Shown: positions 40,013-50,114, numbered from the stretch's first letter. The stretch: DNA of 64,000 bases from a candidate division BRC1 bacterium HGW-BRC1-1 (GCA_002842095.1 PHCB01000006.1:206044-270043), one strand, 5' to 3'. Numbers and translations: made by a program. The notes: generated from the sequence alone by a model not told the origin.

Positions 40013-41173
40013 ATGCAACTTCCCGTTTATCTCGACAATCACGCCACCACGCCGGTGGACCCCCGCGTGCTGGAAGCGATGATGCCTTATCTCACTTTCC
40101 GCTTCGGCAACGCCGCCAGCACCACCCATTCGTTCGGGCAGGAAGCGCTCGAAGGGGTCGAGAAGGCGCGGCGTCAGGTGTCCGATGCCATCGGTGCGGA
40201 ACCGCGCGAGATCGTCTTCACGTCCGGCGCCACCGAGAGCAACAACCTCGCCCTCATCGGCGCAGCCCAGGCGAACCTTCCGCGCGGCAACCACATCATC
40301 ACCGTGGCCACCGAACACAGGGCCGTGCTGGACCCCTGCGCTGCGCTGACGCGGGCGGGCTTCGACGTGACGATCCTCCCGGTGCGACCCGATGGCCTGC
40401 TTGATGTCGACCGACTGCGCGACAACTTCACCGGGCGCACAACGCTGGTGAGCGTAATGATGGCCAACAACGAAATTGGCACACTGCAACCCATCGCGAA
40501 AATCGGTGCCATGGCCGCCGAACGCGGCGCACTGCTGCACGTGGACGCCGCCCAGGCGCTGGCCTATCTGGATATCAACGTGATGCGAGACAACGTCCAT
40601 CTCATGAGCCTCAGCGCCCACAAGGCCTACGGCCCCAAAGGCGTGGGCGCGCTGTACGTGCGGCGGCGCAACCCCATGGTGCGCGTGACCGAACAAATGC
40701 ACGGTGGAGGGCACGAGACCGGGCGACGCTCGGGGACCCTCAACACGCCGGGCATCGCTGGGCTGGGCGAGGCGGCGCGGCTTGCACGCGAATCCTTCGC
40801 CAGTGAAGCACCGCGTCTGGCCGCACTGCGCGACCGGCTTTTGGCATCGCTGCAACGCGACATCGACGGGCTGGTCGTGAACGGCACAATGGAGCACCGC
40901 CTGCCCAACAATCTCAACATTTCCATCCCCGGCGTGGAGGGCGAAACGCTGCTCATGAGCCTGCGCGACGTCGCCCTCAGTTCCGGCAGCGCGTGCAGCA
41001 CGGCGTCAGCGGAACCATCCCACGTGCTGGCCGCGCTGGGCGTGACGCCAGCCCTGGCGCATGCGTCGCTGCGCCTGGGCCTCGGCCGCTGGACCACCGA
41101 AGAAGAAATCGACTACGCCGCCCAACGCCTCACAGAAACCGTGAAACGGTTGCGATCCATGGGGTTTTCGTAG
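40013..41173 (+). CDS. iscS: Cysteine desulfurase (IscS/NifS family)
   Basis: MQLPVYLDNHATTP, the SAHKAYGPKGVG PLP-Lys motif and SGSACS are present. Confidence 0.9.
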   Translation: MQLPVYLDNHATTPVDPRVLEAMMPYLTFRFGNAASTTHSFGQEALEGVEKARRQVSDAIGAEPREIVFTSGATESNNLALIGAAQANLPRGNHIITVATEHRAVLDPCAALTRAGFDVTILPVRPDGLLDVDRLRDNFTGRTTLVSVMMANNEIGTLQPIAKIGAMAAERGALLHVDAAQALAYLDINVMRDNVHLMSLSAHKAYGPKGVGALYVRRRNPMVRVTEQMHGGGHETGRRSGTLNTPGIAGLGEAARLARESFASEAPRLAALRDRLLASLQRDIDGLVVNGTMEHRLPNNLNISIPGVEGETLLMSLRDVALSSGSACSTASAEPSHVLAALGVTPALAHASLRLGLGRWTTEEEIDYAAQRLTETVKRLRSMGFS

Positions 41174-41284
41174 GGAGAAGATCGAGTCGCTCCTGAGCGC
41201 ATTTTTGCACAAGACCCTCAACGATTCACGCCACCTCTGACTGTAGGGGCGGACCAGCGTGTCCCCCCTCCGTGTCAGGTTATT

Positions 41285-42049
41285 TTACTCCCCGGTCTGC
41301 GTCAGTTCCAGAAACAGCTCTTCTAAGTCGCCGTCGTTATGGGTGCGGGTGCGCAGCTCGTCGATGGTGCCCAGGAAAATCAACTTCCCTCGCGAGATGA
41401 TGCCGATCCGGTCGGCCAGTTCCTCGGCGACCGATAACAGGTGGGTCGACAGAAACACCGTTTTTCCCTCGTGCGCCTTTTGTTTGAACAGCCGCTTCAT
41501 GGTGCGGGCGCTTTGCGGGTCGAGGCCCACCATCGGCTCGTCCACAATCACCACTTCAGGATCATGCATGAGCGCCGTGCTGATGACCAGTTTCTGCCGC
41601 ATGCCGTGGCTGTAGTTTTCGATCAACTTGTCGGCCGCGCCCATCAGATCGAACGGCGTGAAATACTCCTCCATGCGGGCGTCGCGCACATCCGCGGGGA
41701 TGCTGAACAGATCACCCACAAACCGAAAAAAATCGCGCCCCGACAACTTCTCATACAAATACGGATGGTCGGGGATGTACCCGATGCGCCGCTTGGCCTC
41801 TACCGGCTCCACCTGCACGTCGTGGCCGCCCACCAACGTGCGCCCCGCGGTGGGACGCACCAATCCGGTGAGCGCCTTGATGGTGGTGGTCTTGCCGGCG
41901 CCGTTGGGCCCGAGAAACGCAAAGAACTCGCCCCGGGGGATGCTCAGGGAAAGGTCATCCACCGCCGTCAGATCGTCATAGGTTTTGGTCAGCCCCTCGA
42001 TGAGGATACCCGGCCCCGTCGCTTGCGCAGCTTCCACGTCCGTCATCAT
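41285..42049 (-). CDS. ABC transporter ATP-binding protein (single NBD)
   Basis: Walker A GPNGAGKTT, signature YSHGMRQKL and Walker B VVIVDEPMVGLD are present. Confidence 0.8.
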   Translation of the reverse strand: MMTDVEAAQATGPGILIEGLTKTYDDLTAVDDLSLSIPRGEFFAFLGPNGAGKTTTIKALTGLVRPTAGRTLVGGHDVQVEPVEAKRRIGYIPDHPYLYEKLSGRDFFRFVGDLFSIPADVRDARMEEYFTPFDLMGAADKLIENYSHGMRQKLVISTALMHDPEVVIVDEPMVGLDPQSARTMKRLFKQKAHEGKTVFLSTHLLSVAEELADRIGIISRGKLIFLGTIDELRTRTHNDGDLEELFLELTQTGE

Positions 42050-42112
42050 GTTTTCTTTGCCCGAGCTTCCCGCTGAAGATGTGCTTCGTGGTGGCGTGAT
42101 CCGCCCCCGATG

Positions 42113-43540
42113 TTACTTTTCCGCTTTGACCTTATCCAGACGTTCCAGAAACTTCTCCGGCTTCTCAAACTCGTACAAGGTCAGATTTTCGAGGTTTTTC
42201 CCGCGGGGCGTTACAAAGGCCACGGTGGGCAGCGACATCGATTTGTACTTTTTCTGCAACGCGGAGTTCTCGTCGGTTTCCTCGGTGCAGTCGATCTTCA
42301 CCAAAACGAAATCCGTCTGGAGAATTGATCGCACCTGTGGCGTCGAGAATGTCTCCTTGTCAAGTTGCTTGCAGGCGGCGCACCATTCGGCCATAAAATC
42401 GATCATCATGGGCTTGCCGGTCTCTTTGGCGATGCGCAGTCCCTCGGCCTCGTTGGTCAGCCATACGATGCCGTCTTTCGACGTAGCGGCTGCAATGCCG
42501 GAGGTTTGTCCGTCGCCCGCGCTGGTCAGTGTGCCTGAAGTTTCACCCGACCCCTTCGCACCGTCTGCGGGTACGGCCATGGCCACTCCAATGGGTGCTG
42601 CGCCAAACGCCTGCGGAGTGAGCACAAATCCTGCATACAGTCCAATGGCGAGGCTCAGCACTCCCACCGTGCGCCACGACCAAAGCAGGCTGCGGAACGC
42701 TTTGCGCTCCTTGGCCTTCACCAGCAGCAGCAGTCCCGTGGCGGAACCCGTCATTGCGACCAGCACCCAGAACAAACCATCTTGCATGATGGGCCGCACG
42801 TAGTACACCGCCACGCCGATCATGACCAACCCCAGCAACTTTTTTACGTCTTCCATCCAAAGGCCGGAGCGCGGCACCCGACCCAGAAACGCCGGAAATG
42901 TACCGAGCAGGAGAAACAGCAAACCGATACCCAGTGCATAAGCGAACAACAGTGATATCCCCACGATGCCGCTGCCTGACTGCGCCGCCACCACCAGCAC
43001 ACCTGCCAGCACGGGGCTTCCGCAGGGCGAGGCCACCACGCCGGTCACCAGTCCGAGCAAGAAAGCCCCGCCGTAACCCCCGCGGTTGGTGCCGGTTTGC
43101 ATGCGGCTCGTGATGGCCGCCGGCATCTGGATGGTGAAAAAATCCATCATGGCGAGACCCATGGCCACGAAGAACACCGCCATGGAAAGTACGAACCATT
43201 TGTTTTGAAGGAGAAACCCGATGGTGCCACCGGTGCGCGCGACGAAGAACCCCAGCGCGGAATATACTATGGCAATGCCGAGAACGAAAACGAGGCTGCG
43301 CAGAAATCCCGTGATGGGCTTCTGGCCCACGCCCCGCGCACCAATGATGCTGAGCGTAATCGGGATCATCGGATAAAGACACGGCGTGAGACTGACCATG
43401 ACCCCGCCCAGAAAAACAGCCGCCAGAGTGAGAAACAACCCGCGCGTTGCGAGCATTTCTCCCACGTTCGAACCCGCCGCGTGCGTCACGGCCGTCAGGG
43501 CCAGCAGCGCGGGTACCATCAAAAACATTCGCTTTTTCAT
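42113..43540 (-). CDS. DsbD/CcdA-like thiol:disulfide interchange membrane protein with C-terminal thioredoxin domain
   Basis: A signal peptide and an eight-TM core with paired Cys are followed by a C-terminal WCAACKQL thioredoxin motif. Confidence 0.75.
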   Translation of the reverse strand: MKKRMFLMVPALLALTAVTHAAGSNVGEMLATRGLFLTLAAVFLGGVMVSLTPCLYPMIPITLSIIGARGVGQKPITGFLRSLVFVLGIAIVYSALGFFVARTGGTIGFLLQNKWFVLSMAVFFVAMGLAMMDFFTIQMPAAITSRMQTGTNRGGYGGAFLLGLVTGVVASPCGSPVLAGVLVVAAQSGSGIVGISLLFAYALGIGLLFLLLGTFPAFLGRVPRSGLWMEDVKKLLGLVMIGVAVYYVRPIMQDGLFWVLVAMTGSATGLLLLVKAKERKAFRSLLWSWRTVGVLSLAIGLYAGFVLTPQAFGAAPIGVAMAVPADGAKGSGETSGTLTSAGDGQTSGIAAATSKDGIVWLTNEAEGLRIAKETGKPMMIDFMAEWCAACKQLDKETFSTPQVRSILQTDFVLVKIDCTEETDENSALQKKYKSMSLPTVAFVTPRGKNLENLTLYEFEKPEKFLERLDKVKAEK

Positions 43541-43576
43541 ATGCCTCCCCTTACACGGGCAAGCACACCTTCTTCT

Positions 43577-44881
43577 ATGATGAACTCCACCTCAAATTTT
43601 GATCATCCAGCCGCACCCCTCGACCCGGCCAATGGTCTGGAACTGGAAAGCATCGCCAAACGCTTCCAAATCATCACCGGCAGCAGCGGCCGCCTCTCGG
43701 GTTTCCTTGCCAACCGCCTCGCCAACCGCCGGTTTCGCAAGGACCTCTGGGCGCTTGACGATGTTTCGTGCGAGGTGAAGCGCGGCGAGATTCTCGGCAT
43801 CGTGGGCTCCAACGGCGCGGGCAAGAGCACCCTGCTGCGCATCATCGCGGGGATCACCCCGCCCACCACCGGCCAGGTGCGGCGCGTGGGCCGCGTCGCC
43901 GCGCTGCTTGATCTCACCGCCGGATTCCATTTTTCCCTCACCGGATACGAAAATCTTTTTCTGGCCGCAGCCATCCTGGGCATTTCGCGCGAGCGTATGC
44001 GTGCCATCATGCCCGAGGTAATCAACTTTGCGGGCATCAACCATGCCTACCTCGAACAACCCGTCCGCACATACAGCAGCGGCATGATCACCCGGCTGGC
44101 TTTCTCGCTGGCTGTTTTCACGGACCCCGATCTCATCCTCATCGACGAAGTGCTGGCCGTGGGCGATGCCGAGTTTCAGGCCCGCAGTGCCCAGCGGCTG
44201 CTACAGTTTCGCGAAGAGGGCAAGGCCATGATCTTTGTCTCCCACTCAAGCGATGCCGTGGCCGAACTGAGCGACCGCGCCCTGTGGCTCGACGCCGGCC
44301 ACGTGCGGCTGGCGGGTGGTGCATCGGAGGTGATCAAGGCATACTCCTCGTATCTGAACACGCGCATCGCCCAACGCTCGCGCATGGATGCCGAGGCCGC
44401 CATGAACGATCCCGTGATTGCAGCCACCGTTGCGGAATCTGCGGAGGGAATCATCACACCCCCGGCGGATGCGGTTTTTGAAAGTGTGACGCTCGACAAC
44501 GGCGACGGCGCATCGTGTGAAGTTTTCCAGACCAACTCAGCGCTGCGGGTTCGGATGGTCATCCAACCCCGTGTACCGCTCCAGAACGTCGACCTGCTCT
44601 ATCAGGTCCTGCGCGAGAACCGCGCCGTCATGGAGGAATCCACAGCCAGCGAACACGGTCTGGAGCTACCCGATGGCGGGGAGCCGTTCCGGGTGACCCT
44701 GCGGTTCGATCCGCTGCTGCTCCTTCGCGGCAAATACACGCTGGCCTTCCACCTCATCGAACGCAACAACCCCGCAAAGATCCACGGCTCCTGCAACGAA
44801 ATCCACTTCGAAGTGGAAATGCCCTTCACCGCCAGCCACGTAATGCCCTCGCTGATCCCCAGCGAATTCTCAATGGATTGA
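43577..44881 (+). CDS. ABC transporter ATP-binding protein, Wzt/TagH/KpsT-like (polysaccharide export type) with C-terminal extra domain
   Basis: GSNGAGKSTLL, YSSGMITRLAFS and LILIDEVLAVGD motifs are present. A ~190-aa C-terminal domain follows. The upstream ORF extension overlaps dsbD on the opposite strand and was rejected. Confidence 0.75.
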   Translation: MMNSTSNFDHPAAPLDPANGLELESIAKRFQIITGSSGRLSGFLANRLANRRFRKDLWALDDVSCEVKRGEILGIVGSNGAGKSTLLRIIAGITPPTTGQVRRVGRVAALLDLTAGFHFSLTGYENLFLAAAILGISRERMRAIMPEVINFAGINHAYLEQPVRTYSSGMITRLAFSLAVFTDPDLILIDEVLAVGDAEFQARSAQRLLQFREEGKAMIFVSHSSDAVAELSDRALWLDAGHVRLAGGASEVIKAYSSYLNTRIAQRSRMDAEAAMNDPVIAATVAESAEGIITPPADAVFESVTLDNGDGASCEVFQTNSALRVRMVIQPRVPLQNVDLLYQVLRENRAVMEESTASEHGLELPDGGEPFRVTLRFDPLLLLRGKYTLAFHLIERNNPAKIHGSCNEIHFEVEMPFTASHVMPSLIPSEFSMD

Positions 44882-44887
44882 AAGCCT

Positions 44888-45117
44888 GGCATCCCTCCGG
44901 GATGCGGACGTTTAAGGCGTTGTGGTCCGGTGGTGTCGCTACGCTCAACCACCGGCTAAGAGCTGGCGCCCCCTCCAGGGGCTGAAAACAACCCCGCTGA
45001 AAAAACGGTTCAGCCTGTCCTCATAACACCGAGGTCATCCCGGAGGGAGACCAGCCATTAACCTATCTTGAGTTCATAACTCCGGGGTCATCCCGGAGGG
45101 ATGCCAGCTATTAGCCG
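44888..45117. repeat. Intergenic palindromic repeats (CATCCCGGAGGGA core, 3 copies; two ~42-bp direct repeats)
   Basis: GGCATCCCTCCGGGATGC is at 44888. Direct repeats TCATAACnCCGnGGTCATCCCGGAGGGAnnCCAGCnATTAnCC are at 45022-45063 and 45075-45116. Confidence 0.7.
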
Positions 45118-45211
45118 GGGGGTGAGCGCAGCGATACCCCCGGAACCAAGACGAAAAAGGTTCGACCCCGGAAGGGGTCGCAGAAACAGCCGGCCTTCTT
45201 CCCACCCCCCC

Positions 45212-46201
45212 CTATAACTTCGCCCCGGTGTGGTGGACGAACACGTCTTCCAATGTCGGGCGGCCGATGCGTGCCGATTTCACCATTCCGGTGAAAGCCT
45301 CCACCACCTCGATCAACATCCGGGCGGCATCCACGTCGTTGTCCGCGGGCACTTCCAGACGCACGCTTTGCTCCAACTGTTGCGCGCCTTCGTGCCCCCG
45401 CGCACGCAACCCTTCCATCAATCGCTCCGGCTCGTCGGTTTCCAACACCACAACTTCCGCGCCCACTTCGCGGCACAAGGTTTCCGGCGATCCCACCGCC
45501 ACCACGCGCCCCTCATGCAAAATTGCCACCCGATCGCAATGCTCCGCTTCCTCCATGAGGTGCGTCGTGAGCAGGCTCGTCACGCCATGGGACCGCCGCA
45601 GCTCGGCCAGTTCCTCGCGCAGGTTCAACCGCGCCGATGGATCCAGTCCCGTGCCCGGTTCGTCCAACAATAACAACCTGGGTCGGTGCAACAACGCCTT
45701 GGCGATCTCGACCCGCCGCTGCATGCCGCCCGACAAACGCCCCACGGCGTCGCTGGTGCGGTCAGACAACCGCACCGACTCCAGCGCCTCGGCCATGCGA
45801 TCGCGCAGCACCTTGCCCGACAGCCCGTACAAATGCCCCTGATGCAGCAGATTCTCGCGCACCGTCAGATGGCGATCGAGACTCGGGCTTTGGAACACAA
45901 CACCGATCACCTGACGCACGGCGTCGGCCTGAGCATGAACCGCCTGCCCGAACACGTGAGCCTCTCCTGCGGCGGGTTCGATCTGAGTGCTCAGGATGCG
46001 GAACAGCGTTGTCTTACCGCCGCCATTGGGTCCCAGCAGACCGAAGATCTCGCCGGGTTGCACCGTGAGGTTCACCGCGTCCAGTGCCGTGCGATCGCCA
46101 TAACGATGAGTCAGATTTCGAATCTCCACAGCGGCCGTTGTGTCGGTTTGCGCAACGGGTCCCGCGCCGGAAGGATTGGTGCTCATGGTCAAATCTGTCA
46201 T
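45212..46201 (-). CDS. ABC transporter ATP-binding protein (single NBD, DrrA/NatA-like)
   Basis: Walker A GPNGGGKTT, signature LSGGMQRRV and Walker B LLLLDEPGTGLD are present. The start is at MTDLTM. The upstream extension overlaps the neighbouring membrane-protein gene. Confidence 0.75.
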   Translation of the reverse strand: MTDLTMSTNPSGAGPVAQTDTTAAVEIRNLTHRYGDRTALDAVNLTVQPGEIFGLLGPNGGGKTTLFRILSTQIEPAAGEAHVFGQAVHAQADAVRQVIGVVFQSPSLDRHLTVRENLLHQGHLYGLSGKVLRDRMAEALESVRLSDRTSDAVGRLSGGMQRRVEIAKALLHRPRLLLLDEPGTGLDPSARLNLREELAELRRSHGVTSLLTTHLMEEAEHCDRVAILHEGRVVAVGSPETLCREVGAEVVVLETDEPERLMEGLRARGHEGAQQLEQSVRLEVPADNDVDAARMLIEVVEAFTGMVKSARIGRPTLEDVFVHHTGAKL

Positions 46202-46221
46202 GGGATGGTTTCTTCCATAGG

Positions 46222-46794
46222 TCACAAATATGCTGCAAGCGCCACCACGGGCCAAACCACCGCCGTGAATGCGCCGTACCACGCGAGAGCCGTGGTGGCG
46301 GGCGCGGACGAGCGGACCGCCGCGCGAAGCAGCAAAAGGATATACAACGCCGCGTGCAGCAAAAAGAAAACGATCATCGCCCGGCGGCAAAAAGTTGTGA
46401 GTCCCGGCTCCATCGGAAAAATTTCTCCGAACAATGTAAGCACCGGCGAGGCCGCCATCATCGCGCCGACGGTCAGCGTGATGGTGATCAACCGCCGTAG
46501 TTTCCAGGGCGCGCCATCCCACCCAAACACCACCGCCCCGCCGGCCAGCAGCAGTGTCACCGCGGGGGCGAATGCAACACCCCAGTGGGGCGCGATGACG
46601 AAAGCCGTGGGCAGCCCCTGCCCCACGCGAAGCACCAGAACCACCCCGCCCAGCGCCGCCAGCGCCACCCATTGCGTCGCCAGAAAAATCCACAGACCCA
46701 ATAATACATTGGGCAACGCGGGGATGGGTTCAGGGGCGGAGACGTGGCGAGGGGATAAGCTCATGACCCCGTCTTTCTCGTGCGAAAAATGCAA
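46222..46794 (-). CDS. Small polytopic membrane protein (possible cognate permease-like partner of the downstream ATPase)
   Basis: 190 aa with about six hydrophobic helices. Its stop lies 20 nt before the ATPase start. Confidence 0.45.
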   Translation of the reverse strand: MHFSHEKDGVMSLSPRHVSAPEPIPALPNVLLGLWIFLATQWVALAALGGVVLVLRVGQGLPTAFVIAPHWGVAFAPAVTLLLAGGAVVFGWDGAPWKLRRLITITLTVGAMMAASPVLTLFGEIFPMEPGLTTFCRRAMIVFFLLHAALYILLLLRAAVRSSAPATTALAWYGAFTAVVWPVVALAAYL

Positions 46795-46844
46795 AGTCTA
46801 CCAAAAGCAAAATGCAGACAGGAATGTCCGCGCCCCTTAATTTT

Positions 46845-46896
46845 TCCTCCCCAAAAAAGAAAATCGACCGGAGCCCCGTTAGGAGCTCCGGCCGAG
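46845..46896 (-). terminator. Rho-independent terminator after secreted-protein gene
   Basis: On the minus strand a CCGGAGC(N9)GCTCCGG hairpin is followed by UUUUCUUUUUUGGGG. Confidence 0.6.
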
Positions 46897-46942
46897 TTAG
46901 TTTCGCCGTTGACGGCGGATCAGTGCGAAATCGCGCTGAACC

Positions 46943-47494
46943 TTAGTCCCAAGGCGAGCAGCCGAGGTCGTCACCCTGAAGGTCGATCATCAGGATACCG
47001 GCCACGAAGTCGACAGCTTCCGAAAGGGAAACCGCAACCTGGGCACCGATGATGCCGACGTGGAGGTCCGCGCCGACTTCAGACGGATCGCGCTGCAAGC
47101 AGCCATTGACGTAGCCAAGGAACGCAAAGCCGGCTTCGTCGATGCACTCTTCGTAGACGGGCAGAACGCGGCCCTTCATACCGAAGCGGGTGGTCTCGTA
47201 CTGACCAAAGCCAACCTCAAGCAGCTCGGTCGCACGAACGTTAACGCCAAAGCCCGTGCCAAAACCAATGCTGGCGCGGCCGATGTCGATGAAGTCCAAC
47301 GCGCGGTTCGGCACATAATACAGAAGCGTGTGCAGGAAGTCGCACTTCTTGGACGGGGCACATACTGGCTCGCAGGGAACCGCAGCAACCGGAACCATAC
47401 GCGCAGGAAGCTCACCACCGGCCATAGCCGAGGTGGCACCTACAAACAAGGCAGCCGCTGCAACCAGCGACGCAAACAACTTAACTCGATTCAT
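46943..47494 (-). CDS. Hypothetical secreted protein
   Basis: A signal peptide MNRVKLFASLVAAAALFVGATSAMA is present, with an AGGAGA RBS upstream of the ATG. Confidence 0.45.
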   Translation of the reverse strand: MNRVKLFASLVAAAALFVGATSAMAGGELPARMVPVAAVPCEPVCAPSKKCDFLHTLLYYVPNRALDFIDIGRASIGFGTGFGVNVRATELLEVGFGQYETTRFGMKGRVLPVYEECIDEAGFAFLGYVNGCLQRDPSEVGADLHVGIIGAQVAVSLSEAVDFVAGILMIDLQGDDLGCSPWD

Positions 47495-47701
47495 CAAGAA
47501 TCTCCTTTCCTCAATAGATCCGAATTTACGAATCTGTGGGACACTTTGTTGCACCACTCTACAGGATTGCAAGCACAATCTGCGAAAAAAAATGCTTTAG
47601 ACGTCAGCGGTCGGAATTTTGTTCCCGAAAATCTTTTCGACAGTTCGATTTCATCCTGATTGCATGGTACTCGTCACGGACATTGAAGGAGCTACTGAAC
47701 C

Positions 47702-49150
47702 ATGTCAACACCATATTTATACCCCCTCGTCGCCCGCCTCAACCACGCACACATAGTCGTTGTGGGAGATATCATTGTCGACCATTATGTTCGCGGTATC
47801 TCCGAGCGCATCTCTCCCGAGGCCCCCGTGCCCGTGGTGCTTTTTGAATCCGAGGAAAGTATTCCCGGCGGCGCGGCCAACGTTGCCCGCAACATTGCCT
47901 CCATGGGCGCGCACGCCTCGTGCATCGGGGTGAGCGGCACCGACGCCGACGGCGACCAACTCATCAAGCTGCTCAAAAATCTTTCCATCGAGACCGGTTC
48001 TCTCGTGCGCGACGCCAACCGCGCGACCACCGTGAAGACACGCGTCATGGCTCTGAACCAACAGATGATTCGTCTCGACCGCGAAACCAACGCGCCGGTC
48101 TCGCCCGAAACCGAGGCGCGTCTCATCGAACAAATCCGCGACGCCATGGCGGGCTGCCATGCCGTGGTGCTGAGCGATTATGCCAAGGGGGTTCTCACGC
48201 CCGATGTAATCGCCGCGACCCTCGACCAGGCACGCCGCATGCACATCCCCGTGCTGGTTGATCCCAAGGGGCGCGCCTATGGCCGTTACCGTGGCGCCTA
48301 TGCGCTCACGCCCAACGCCCGCGAAGCGGCCGACGCAACCGGCATCCCCACCAACACCCACGATGGCCTCGCCGCAGCCGCCGCTGAAATTATGCGACAG
48401 ACCGAATGCCAGCTTCTGGTGATTACGCGTGGCGCCGACGGCATCGCGCTGTTCGAACCCGGCGCGGCACCGCTTTTCATGCCCACCGAGGCTCTTGAAG
48501 TTTTCGACGTGACCGGTGCCGGCGACACTTTTGTCGGGTTGCTCGCCACTGCAATTGGCGCAGGCATCGACCATCACAAGGCCGCCGCGCTGGCGAATAC
48601 CGCCGCCGGGGTGGTGGTGGGCAAAAGCGGCGCCGCCGTGATTTCGCCCGATGAACTTCGTGCCGCATTAGAAGAGCGCGCGTCGAAAGCCAAAATTGTA
48701 CGACCGGAAGAACTTGGCGAGTTGGGCGAGAAACTCCGCGCCGGGGGCAAACGCATTGTGCTCGCCAATGGCTGCTTCGATTTCATCCACGCCGGCCACA
48801 TCGATTTTCTCCAACGCGCCCGCGCACTGGGCGACGTGCTCGTGCTGGCCACCAATTCCGACGCCGCAATCACACGACTGAAAGGTGCGCCCCGACCGGT
48901 CATTCGTCGCGACCAGCGCCTGCGCCTTCTCGCCGCCATCAACGAGGTCGATTACCTGACTGTGTTTGAAGACGACACCCCCCACGAGATCATCCGCGCC
49001 CTGCAACCCGACGTGTTGGTGAAGGGCAAAAACTACACCACACCCGAAGTCGAGGGCCACGAGATCATATCAGCGCAGGGCGGCAACGTGGTGCTGCTCG
49101 ATCTCATTCACGAACTGTCGACCGGAGATATTTTGAAGCGGGATAAATAG
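47702..49150 (+). CDS. hldE: Bifunctional D-beta-D-heptose 7-phosphate kinase / D-beta-D-heptose 1-phosphate adenylyltransferase
   Basis: An N-terminal ribokinase-like domain (DTFVG, GAGD) is joined to a C-terminal cytidylyltransferase domain (GCFDFIHAGH). Confidence 0.85.
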   Translation: MSTPYLYPLVARLNHAHIVVVGDIIVDHYVRGISERISPEAPVPVVLFESEESIPGGAANVARNIASMGAHASCIGVSGTDADGDQLIKLLKNLSIETGSLVRDANRATTVKTRVMALNQQMIRLDRETNAPVSPETEARLIEQIRDAMAGCHAVVLSDYAKGVLTPDVIAATLDQARRMHIPVLVDPKGRAYGRYRGAYALTPNAREAADATGIPTNTHDGLAAAAAEIMRQTECQLLVITRGADGIALFEPGAAPLFMPTEALEVFDVTGAGDTFVGLLATAIGAGIDHHKAAALANTAAGVVVGKSGAAVISPDELRAALEERASKAKIVRPEELGELGEKLRAGGKRIVLANGCFDFIHAGHIDFLQRARALGDVLVLATNSDAAITRLKGAPRPVIRRDQRLRLLAAINEVDYLTVFEDDTPHEIIRALQPDVLVKGKNYTTPEVEGHEIISAQGGNVVLLDLIHELSTGDILKRDK

Positions 49151-49431
49151 CGCGCCCGTGTCGGCGCTCAGCCGTCACCTTTTTTCCTGCTTGACATATC
49201 ACCATCACAATTTCACGAACCCTGCAGATTGGCAGTTTCGCTTGTGGAGTTCTCAGTGAACCAGACGCCCTCGATCCGTTTCCCGGGGCGGCGAAGTCTT
49301 CCTTGGCACGCCGCGAACAATTGCGTGTGCCCTCCCACCCAGATCTCCCCTTTCAATTTGTCGACCGGCCCCGCGCCCGCGACAGAACCAGGCACCACCA
49401 CATCGTCCGGAAAGGGGGTGAAATACTTAAA

Positions 49432-49635
49432 ATGCCGCAAGGAAAAGTGAAGTGGTTTAACGATAAGAAAGGCTTCGGATTCATCGAGCCGCTCAATGGA
49501 GGGGAGGACATTTTTGTCCACCACTCTTCGATCACCATGGATGGATTCCGCACGCTCGCCGAAGGCGAAGCCGTGGAGTTCGAACTGATTGACGGCCCCA
49601 AGGGATCGCAAGCCCGCAACGTAACAAAAGCATGA
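49432..49635 (+). CDS. cspA: Cold-shock protein (CSD)
   Basis: [16 protein letters not shown] and VHHSSI motifs. 67 aa with a long 5' UTR. Confidence 0.9.
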   Translation: MPQGKVKWFNDKKGFGFIEPLNGGEDIFVHHSSITMDGFRTLAEGEAVEFELIDGPKGSQARNVTKA

Positions 49636-49731
49636 CAACCCCGGGGAACGCCTCTCCCGCTCTATATAAATTCCAACCGTTTTAAGGCGAACCCACCGGC
49701 GCGTCGCAACGCCGGATAACTAAAACAAGAA

Positions 49732-49780
49732 AAGCCCGCTCCACCCTCTGACAAGGATGGTGCGGGCTTCAAAATTTTAA
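49732..49780. terminator. Bidirectional terminator hairpin between cspA and iscA
   Basis: AAGCCCGC(N22)GCGGGCTT with T/A-rich flanks on both strands. Confidence 0.5.
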
Positions 49781-49787
49781 CAGCCCG

Positions 49788-50114
49788 TCAGGCGGAAAAG
49801 GACGTCCCGCATCCGCAGGTTTTTGTGGCGTTGGGATTGATGAATTTGAATCCGCCGTTCATCAAATCCGTGCTGAAGTCCAGCGTCAGGCCGTTGACGT
49901 AAAGATAGCTTTTCGGATCGCAGAAGATCTTCACACCGTCGAACTCAAACACCTGATCCGCCGGACCATGTTTTTCATCGAGGTTCATGCTGTATGAGAG
50001 CCCCGAGCAACCGCCGCCCTTTACGCCCACCCGCAGCCCCATGCCCGACTGAGCCTGGGCTCCGATCACGCGCTTCACTTCATGCAATGCAGTTTCGGTC
50101 AATGTAATCGCCAT
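49788..50114 (-). CDS. iscA: Iron-sulfur cluster insertion protein (HesB/IscA/ErpA family)
   Basis: 108 aa ending with the C-terminal CGCGTSF motif. Confidence 0.85.
   Translation of the reverse strand: MAITLTETALHEVKRVIGAQAQSGMGLRVGVKGGGCSGLSYSMNLDEKHGPADQVFEFDGVKIFCDPKSYLYVNGLTLDFSTDLMNGGFKFINPNATKTCGCGTSFSA

Noticed and set aside
43097-43576. N-terminal extension of the Wzt-like ATPase ORF
   Set aside because: It overlaps dsbD on the opposite strand and is His/Arg-rich. The conserved NBD begins after the Met at 43577.
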